Source: an uncultured delta proteobacterium (lineage in GTDB: Bacteria; Myxococcota_A; Polyangia; Polyangiales; B10-G4). From it: a stretch of 64,000 nucleotides of DNA. Within the stretch, counting starts at the first letter, position 1. Each line of letters opens with the position of its first letter. Made by a program: the position numbers and the translations under genes. The stretch is from positions 160,001 through 224,000 of the forward strand of contig CAVSGI010000014.1 of the NCBI GenBank assembly GCA_963727445.1, read 5' to 3'. The notes below the pieces were generated by a model, which was not told where the DNA came from, searched no databases, and saw only the letters and a list, made by a program, of their open reading frames with translations. Positions 55,915 through 64,000 of this stretch are shown in pieces.

Positions 55915-56318
55915 GAGCGCCACTGGACCCCTGGCGCCGCGCGCCTGAGGCGCGAGAGCGACAGCTCGAGCACGACCACCGTCTCCCCGGACGCGAGGGG
56001 ACGGCGCCCAACGACCCGCGCCTGTCGGTCCACCACACGATGGGCGCGTGCGGCCACCGCCGCCGACGCCGAAGCCGCGGCCAGACGGTCGTCGACGAAG
56101 CGATGCATGAGAGCGCGCCCACGCGCTTCGCCACGCCGCCGCGAGGACAGCCGCCGCGCCCCGAGCCGCTCGATCCGCGGGTCCGGCGTGCCCACCACCA
56201 CCACGCGGAGCTCGCCCCGCTCCACGTGGGGAGCGCGCTCGAAGAGCGGAACGTCGAAGCCCAGCACCTGGGCCAGACCGGGCGCCGGCGACGCCAGCAC
56301 GCAAGCGGTCACCAACAT
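55911..56318 (-). CDS. Hypothetical protein
   Basis: Fills the gap after guaA and its stop overlaps the next start; true start uncertain. Confidence 0.5.
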   Translation of the reverse strand: MLVTACVLASPAPGLAQVLGFDVPLFERAPHVERGELRVVVVGTPDPRIERLGARRLSSRRRGEARGRALMHRFVDDRLAAASASAAVAARAHRVVDRQARVVGRRPLASGETVVVLELSLSRLRRAAPGVQWRS

Positions 56319-56376
56319 CGATGCGCCCGCCCTGCGCAGCCAACCGCTCGTGTTCGATTCGGGTCCCAGGACGAGC

Positions 56377-57922
56377 TCACTCCCATTCGATGGTAGCCGG
56401 AGGCTTGCTCGACACGTCGTAGACGACGCGGTTCACGCCGCGCACCTCGTTGATGATGCGCGACGAGACCTTGCCGAGGAGGTCGTAGGGGAGACGCGAC
56501 CAGTCGGCGGTCATCCCGTCGCGCGAAGAGACGGCGCGCAGGCCCACTACGTACTCGTAGGTCCGCTCGTCGCCCATCACGCCCACGGTCTTGACCGGGA
56601 GGATCACGGCGAAGGCCTGCCAGACGTGGTCGTACTGCCCACTGGTGCGGAGCTCCTCGATGAAGACGGCGTCGGCCTCGCGGAGGATGCCGAGCTTCTC
56701 CTCGGTGATCTCGCCGAGGCAGCGAATCGCCAGGCCGGGCCCCGGGAAAGGGTGTCGCCACAGGACGTGATGCGGCATGCCCATCTCCGCCCGACCTCGC
56801 GCACCTCGTCCTTGAAGAGCTCGCGCAGGGGCTCGATGAGCGAGAGCTTCATCTTCTCCGGCAGGCCGCCCACGTTGTGGTGGCTCTTGATGACCGCGCT
56901 CGGCCCCTTGAAGGACACGCTCTCGATCACGTCGGGGTAGAGCGTGCCCTGGACCAGGAATTTCGCGCCGCCGACCTTGGTGGCTTCGCGATCGAAGACG
57001 TCGATGAAGACGCGGCCGATGATCTTCCGCTTCTCTTCCGGATCGGTGACGCCCGCGAGCGCGGACAGGAACTCCTGTCGCGCGTCGACGTGCACCAGGT
57101 TCAGGTGGAAGTGGTCGCGGAACATGCGGACGACTTCCTTGGCCTCGTCCTTTCGGAGCACGCCGTTGTCGACGAAGATGCAGGTGAGCTGGTCGCCGAT
57201 GGCTTTCGAGACCAGCATCGCCGCGACCGACGAGTCGACCCCGCCCGAGAGGCCGCAAACGACCTTGGCGTCGCCGACCTCCTCGCGGATCTTGGTCGAC
57301 CGTCTCTTCGATGAAGTGGCCGGCGGTCCAGTCCGGCTCGGCACCGGTGACGTGGAAGAGGAAGGACTCGAGGAGCTCGATCCCGCGCGGGGTGTGCACG
57401 ACCTCGGGGTGGAACTGCACTCCGTAGATGCGCCGCTGGTGGTTGGCGACGGCGGCGAAGGGTGTGCTGCCGGTCTTGGCCAGGGTGACGAAACCGTCGG
57501 GCAGGGCCTCGACGCGATCGCCGTGGCTCATCCATACGTCGACCTTCTCGCCAACATCGAAGGAGTGCGAGGATGCCCTCCCCTTCGGTGACTTCGATGG
57601 TGGCGGGGCCGTACTCGCGCTCGGTCGCCTTCTCGACGCGGCCGCCGAGGAGGTGACATGTGAGCTGCATGCCGTAGCAGATGCCGAGGACCGGCACGCC
57701 CAGCTCGAAGACGCCGGCGTCGACCTGTGGGCTGCCCTCGCCGAAGACGCTGGCCGGACCGCCGGAGAGCACGATGGCCTGCGGCTCCATGTGGCGGATC
57801 TCGTCCAGGGAGAGGGTGCAGGGATGGATCTCGCAGTAGACGTGGCTCTCGCGGATGCGGCGCGCGATGAGCTGCGTGTACTGGGAGCCGAAGTCGAGGA
57901 TGAGGACGAGAGCACGACTCAT
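56377..57922 (-). CDS. guaA: GMP synthase; three frameshifts (near 57568, 57296, 56790; probable errors)
   Basis: [68 protein letters not shown] across frames. Confidence 0.95.
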
Positions 57923-57962
57923 GGATGGCTCGTATGGGATCGGTGAGCGCGGCGCCGACTCA

Positions 57963-59485
<1,523 letters not shown>

Positions 59486-59614
59486 AACACCTCCTGAAAG
59501 GTGCGCCGGAGCCTAGCGCGGATGGGGGGGCGGGGCCAGGCGGGGATTGTGGGGGATTCCGAGGGAATTCGGGGGCGGTCGACGCGCCTCGTCCCCCCGC
59601 GCTATCGTGAATTC

Positions 59615-61363
59615 GTGGCGCGGATGGGCGGATGGGTGTTGGCCCTGACGATGGCCTTCGGATGTGGCCGGTTGGGTTTCGATCCCATCGCGGGCGATAC
59701 CGGGCTGCTCGACTCCTCGATCGACGCGTCCGGAGACGGCGGCGCGATGGATGCCGCCATGGACGGTGCACCGGACACGGCGATGATGATGGACTCGAGC
59801 ATCGCGGACGGCTCGTCGGACACGAGCGTCGTCACCGACACGACCACGCCTCCTCCGCCCCTCGCCGTCAATCTGACGACGTGCGCGGCGGAGGCTGTCT
59901 TCGGCGGCGCGTACAGCTGCATGCCTTCGGTTCGTGACCCGATCGCCGGGGAGGTGATCAGGTTCAGCCTCTCGGCCACCAACACGTGCGCTTGGGCCGG
60001 AATCGACCCGACGTCCGGCGCGGTGAGCGGCTCGGTGCTGATGGACGGCTTCTGCGATCTCGGCGTCTTCGCACAGAGCTCTCTCGGACCCTCCGCGGAC
60101 GGAAGCTTGCGCATCGGCGTCGCCGTGGGCTCGGACGTGCGACAGATGGACATCGGGGCATGGCACACCTGCGCGCTCTCAGCAGGCGGCGCCGTCCGGT
60201 GCTGGGGGCTCAACAGCGTGGGTCAGCTCGGCTACGACGACACGGCGCATGTCGGCGACGGAACGGCCGGGCGGTCGATCGCCGACATGGGAGACGTGAA
60301 CGTCGGCGGTCTCGTGCGTCAGATCTCCCTTGCGTACATGCAGTCGTGCGCGCTGATGGCGACGGGCGGCGTACGTTGCTGGGGCGGTGGCAGCTTCGGC
60401 CGGCTGGGCTACGGCCACACCAACGACGTCGGCGCCGGTGGTCCCGGCGGGACCATCACCGACAACGGTGATCTGCCTCTCGGGGGCGAGGCCGTCCAGG
60501 TCATCACCGGTGGTGTGGGCGGTTGCGCCCGAATGTTGGGTGGGGGCGTTCGGTGCTGGGGGCACAATCACGGCAACGGCGCGGACCCGGAGATCATCGG
60601 CCTCGAGATCGCCGCCGCCGGCGATCTGACGATCGGCTTCGAAGTCGCCGACGTGGTCGGGGGCTACAATCACTACTGCGCTCTCAGCACGCTCGGCGCC
60701 GTCCGGTGCTGGGGGCAGAACTGGGCCGGTGCGCTCGGCTACGACGACACGCTGACGGTCGGCGACGGGACCACCGGACGCGGGATCGCGGAGATGGGCG
60801 ACGTGAACGTCGGGGGACGGGTCGTGCAGTTGAGCGCCGGGGACCAGACCACCTGTGCCGTTCTGGACAGCGGGGCTCTCCGGTGCTGGGGCGCGAACGA
60901 CCTCGGTCAGCTCGGCTACGGGGACACGACGAACGTGGGCGACGGCACGGCCGGCCGATCGATCGTCGAGATGGGTGACGTCCCCGTGGGCGGCACCGTC
61001 AGCCAGGCGTGGGCTGGAGAGCAGCACACCTGCGCCATCATGACGACCGGCGCCGTGCGCTGCTGGGGTTTCAACAGCGAGGGTCAGCTCGGCTACGACG
61101 ACACCCTCAGCGTCGGCGATGGAACCGCCGGGCGCGCCATCGTCGACATGGGCGACGTGCCCCTCGCTGGCACCGCTCGCCACGTGGTGACCACCGACTG
61201 GGACACTGGCTTCACCTGCGCTCTCATGACGAGCGGCGGCCTCCGCTGCTGGGGAAACAATGGAGGCGGTCAGCTGGGGCTGGATGACAGTCTCAACGTC
61301 GGCGACGGCACGGCCGGGCGCGCGATCCTCGACTTCGCCGAGGTTCAGCCTTTCGTGCCCTGA
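59615..61363 (+). CDS. RCC1-repeat beta-propeller lipoprotein
   Basis: Lipobox AFGC-GRLGFD; repeated HTCA..G.VRCWG.N..GQLG units; start GTG 59615 or ATG 59624. Confidence 0.88.
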   Translation: MARMGGWVLALTMAFGCGRLGFDPIAGDTGLLDSSIDASGDGGAMDAAMDGAPDTAMMMDSSIADGSSDTSVVTDTTTPPPPLAVNLTTCAAEAVFGGAYSCMPSVRDPIAGEVIRFSLSATNTCAWAGIDPTSGAVSGSVLMDGFCDLGVFAQSSLGPSADGSLRIGVAVGSDVRQMDIGAWHTCALSAGGAVRCWGLNSVGQLGYDDTAHVGDGTAGRSIADMGDVNVGGLVRQISLAYMQSCALMATGGVRCWGGGSFGRLGYGHTNDVGAGGPGGTITDNGDLPLGGEAVQVITGGVGGCARMLGGGVRCWGHNHGNGADPEIIGLEIAAAGDLTIGFEVADVVGGYNHYCALSTLGAVRCWGQNWAGALGYDDTLTVGDGTTGRGIAEMGDVNVGGRVVQLSAGDQTTCAVLDSGALRCWGANDLGQLGYGDTTNVGDGTAGRSIVEMGDVPVGGTVSQAWAGEQHTCAIMTTGAVRCWGFNSEGQLGYDDTLSVGDGTAGRAIVDMGDVPLAGTARHVVTTDWDTGFTCALMTSGGLRCWGNNGGGQLGLDDSLNVGDGTAGRAILDFAEVQPFVP

Positions 61364-61493
61364 GGTGGGGCACGCCGGCCCCTGTCAACGTTGCGGAGCG
61401 TCCCCGTCGCGGAGGCGAGCGCTTCGAGATCCGGACGGGCGCTACCGTCGCCGGAGTTTTACAGGGCGCCACCATCACTGGTACACGACGGCG

Positions 61494-62144
61494 ATGACGC
61501 GTCTGACCACCCAACTCCTTCCCGCTTTGATCGTTCTGTCGTGCTTCGCTTGCGGGGGCGCGAGCAGCGCTTCGGAGGCCACCGCCACGCCGGACGACGA
61601 AAGCGGCGCCGCACCGCTCACTCGATACGAGGTCGGCGACACCATCACCTACGAGTACGCGGGCGCCTTCAGCGAAGCGCCCGTCGTGCTGACCGAGACC
61701 ATCGAGAGCGTCGAAGGCGCTCAGCTCCGCATCCGTGTGGACGCGACGCGAGGCGACGAGACCCGTCAGTGGATTCAGGTGGTCACCGACACCGAAGAGA
61801 ACCGCGACGCCAACGTGATCGACGCGCTCTACGAGGTTCAGGACGGCGAGGAGGTGCTCCTCGAAAACGAAGGCAACCGCGACCTCTTGCGCCTCTACGC
61901 CTGGACGCTCCCGCCCTGCCGCGGCCCCTCCGAAGCCGTCGGCTCCGAGACGAACGACGTCGACGTCGCGGGCCAGTCACTGTCGTGCGAGTGCAAGACG
62001 GTCACGATGACGTGCGCGGACGCGCCCGCCCGGATGACGACCTGCGACTGTCCGGACCTCGTCTGGACCCACGGCGGAGGTCGGGTCGTCCTCGACGGGC
62101 AGGAAGAGCCGTTCTGGTCGATGACGGTGACCGATCAGCAGTGA
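61494..62144 (+). CDS. Hypothetical lipoprotein
   Basis: Signal peptide ending CFACGG; coding-like composition. Confidence 0.65.
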   Translation: MTRLTTQLLPALIVLSCFACGGASSASEATATPDDESGAAPLTRYEVGDTITYEYAGAFSEAPVVLTETIESVEGAQLRIRVDATRGDETRQWIQVVTDTEENRDANVIDALYEVQDGEEVLLENEGNRDLLRLYAWTLPPCRGPSEAVGSETNDVDVAGQSLSCECKTVTMTCADAPARMTTCDCPDLVWTHGGGRVVLDGQEEPFWSMTVTDQQ

Positions 62145-62175
62145 TGGGCCCGGGCACCTCGCGCGCCCCCTTCGC

Positions 62176-62313
62176 TCAGCGCCGCTTCTTCTGCGGCTCG
62201 TGGCAGCGGCAGCGCTTGTCCTTCGGCACGTCGTAGAGGACAGCCTCGATGTGGGCACCACAGCCGGCGTAGGTGGGCTTGTTGCAACGGGGACAGTTGA
62301 CGCGAACGCACAT
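62176..62313 (-). CDS. 45-aa Cys/His-rich small protein
   Basis: MCVRVNCPRCNKPTYAGCGAHIEAVLYDVPKDKRCRCHEPQKKRR; GAAGGAG RBS. Confidence 0.75.
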   Translation of the reverse strand: MCVRVNCPRCNKPTYAGCGAHIEAVLYDVPKDKRCRCHEPQKKRR

Positions 62314-62341
62314 GGATGGATTCTCCTTCGGGCGAACGTAA

Positions 62342-62357
62342 AGCACGCAGCGTGCCA
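62342..62357 (-). promoter_or_regulatory. Putative sigma54 (-24/-12) promoter
   Basis: TGGCACG-CTGC-GTGCT versus consensus TGGCACG-N4-TTGCW, just upstream of the small gene RBS. Confidence 0.55.
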
Positions 62358-62468
62358 CCGCTCGACGTCCAAGAACTCGGGGGCGCGGCCGGTCGGCTGG
62401 AACGAGCTGAAACAGATGTGACGCTCATGCTTCGCGTGGTGTCCCACCCCGTGCGCTATCCTGTCGCC

Positions 62469-63032
62469 ATGCAACGGACCATCGCCTGCCTCTTCGTCGT
62501 GACCCTGGCCTTTGGTTGTGGGGGCGATGACGGGGGCGACGATGCGGGCAGTGACGGCAGCACCGGCGATGCGGGCAGTGACGGCAGCAGCGGCGATGCG
62601 AGCGGCGACGGCAGCAGCGGCGATGCGAGCGGCGACGGAGGGAGCCCGGCGGAGTGCACGCCCGGCGGGCAAGGCGTCACGGGTATGGAGCTCACCGTCG
62701 AGCCGAGGATGTTGTCCCTCTCCGCGAGCGAGTGTGGGACGGGGGACATGGTGCTCACGAGCATGGACGACGTGACGGCGGCCTTCCCGGCAGGCGCCCC
62801 GGCCGAGCTCGACGGAATCGATTTCAGCGCCGACCGCGTCATCCTCGGCAGCTCCAATCCGGTCATCCGCTTCGTCGTCGACGACGGAACCGATCTCGTC
62901 GCAGGCGAGGAATCGCTCTGCCAGGGTGTTGCGCCGAGCTGCGTGGCCTACGTGGTGCGCGGCACGACCCGCGACTCCGTGCGGAGCGTCACCTGCCCCT
63001 ACCGGGGCCCGGATCCCTGCCTCGCGCCCTGA
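62469..63032 (+). CDS. Hypothetical lipoprotein with DAG/DAS repeat linker
   Basis: Lipobox AFGC; GDAGSDGS repeats; Cys-containing C-terminal domain. Confidence 0.72.
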   Translation: MQRTIACLFVVTLAFGCGGDDGGDDAGSDGSTGDAGSDGSSGDASGDGSSGDASGDGGSPAECTPGGQGVTGMELTVEPRMLSLSASECGTGDMVLTSMDDVTAAFPAGAPAELDGIDFSADRVILGSSNPVIRFVVDDGTDLVAGEESLCQGVAPSCVAYVVRGTTRDSVRSVTCPYRGPDPCLAP

Positions 63033-63084
63033 GACCTGTCGGAGATCACGTGCGCGACCACGAGCTCAACACTAGGCTACGGAC

Positions 63085-64000
63085 ATGAGGTGGTGGGTTG
63101 TCGCCCTGGCGGGTGCGGTGGTGGCGTGCAGCCCGGGCGAGGTCGACCTGGACGGCAAGGCCTGCCCGTGCGTGGTGGGATGGGTCTGTGACGAGGCGAT
63201 GAACCTCTGCGTGCGCGGCGACGCCTCCACATTGGACAGCGGCCCCGTCGATTCCGGCTCCTCGACCGACACGGGCGCGGCGGACGCCGCGCCGCCGGAT
63301 GCGGCCGTCGACTCGGCAGCCGGAAGCGATGGCGGTGACGGCGCCATCGACGGCGGCGACGCGGGCGGCTCGGACTCGGCGTGCGACGGCGCGCTCGCCG
63401 ATGCGATCTTCTGCGACGGCTTCGAAGACGGCCCCGGCTTCGCCGCGTGGTCCGAGGACGGCAACGGTGGGGGCACGGCCAGCTGGTCCGAGGACGTCGT
63501 CTACCGAGGTCTCGGTGCGCTTCGGGCCGAGTCCACGATGATGGCGGGATCGGTGTTCATGTGGGGCGCCACGAGCGCCGCCATCGACTCCGGCGATCTC
63601 TGGCTCCGCCTCTACGCTCTGTTCCCAGCGGAGTCGTCGCTCTATCACTTCGACTTCGCCAACGTGTCTCCCGCGGACGGCGGAGGCATGACGCTCTACG
63701 TGGAGGGAGGGCGGCTTCGGGTCTGGAACGAGGGGCTCATGATGTCCCACGCGTCGACGACCATGGTGCCCCTCGACACCTGGACGTGCATCGAGCTCCA
63801 CGTCAGCGTCGGCGACAGCGGAGGCTTCGAGGCCTTCATCGACGGCGCGCTCGTCAGCTCCGCGATGGGGGAGGACACTTTCCCCGAGATGCCCTACGAC
63901 ACCGTCGCGACGGGCTTCATCTACTCGGACCCGGATCAGCCCCCATCCCTCTTCTACGTCGACGAGGTCGCCGTGGGCACGTCGCGCCTGCCCTGCGACT
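63085..64000 (+). CDS. Lipoprotein with Cys-rich motif and concanavalin/polysaccharide-lyase-like domain; runs to the window end (absent from ORF track)
   Basis: MRWWVVALAGAVVACS, KACPCVVGWVC, IFCDGFE, WTCIELHV, YVDEVAVGTSRLPCD. Confidence 0.75.
   Translation, partial: MRWWVVALAGAVVACSPGEVDLDGKACPCVVGWVCDEAMNLCVRGDASTLDSGPVDSGSSTDTGAADAAPPDAAVDSAAGSDGGDGAIDGGDAGGSDSACDGALADAIFCDGFEDGPGFAAWSEDGNGGGTASWSEDVVYRGLGALRAESTMMAGSVFMWGATSAAIDSGDLWLRLYALFPAESSLYHFDFANVSPADGGGMTLYVEGGRLRVWNEGLMMSHASTTMVPLDTWTCIELHVSVGDSGGFEAFIDGALVSSAMGEDTFPEMPYDTVATGFIYSDPDQPPSLFYVDEVAVGTSRLPCD

Overview
High-GC (about 70%) bacterial chromosomal window whose gene content (Cys-rich and D-S/T-linker lipoproteins, FHA-GGDEF, AgmX-like and pseudokinase proteins, extra Hsp70 and PilT paralogues) points by inference to a myxobacterium (Myxococcota, Polyangia/Sandaracinaceae-like). 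It is mostly housekeeping: hisBHAF, gyrA, ppa, lon, gpsA, a DEAD-box helicase, gdhA, an Mla/Mce ABC system, pyrF, an RlmB-like methyltransferase, ftsH and guaAB, plus many secreted lipoproteins. I saw no rRNA, tRNA, CRISPR array, transposase or prophage. Several genes (sensor kinase, response regulator, a Cys-rich lipoprotein, ftsH, guaA, guaB) carry clustered single-base indels that look like sequencing errors. The most notable signals are: (1) a perfect 52-bp alternating purine-pyrimidine, self-complementary tract 24 nt upstream of gyrA, a candidate Z-DNA/cruciform supercoiling sensor; (2) a 97-bp REPIN/MITE-like element with 28-bp terminal inverted repeats (12 arms in 3 clusters), one cluster abutting a (CCCGTT)48 telomere-like tract that matches the element end; (3) a pseudokinase-GYF-TM-AgmX-like gene translationally coupled to an orphan T3SS SctJ ring lipoprotein; (4) a Hint-domain lipoprotein sitting inside the mla cluster; (5) a recurrent TANNNT hexamer 6-9 nt before start codons, suggesting widespread leaderless transcription. 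All family assignments come from motif recognition by eye, not database searches.
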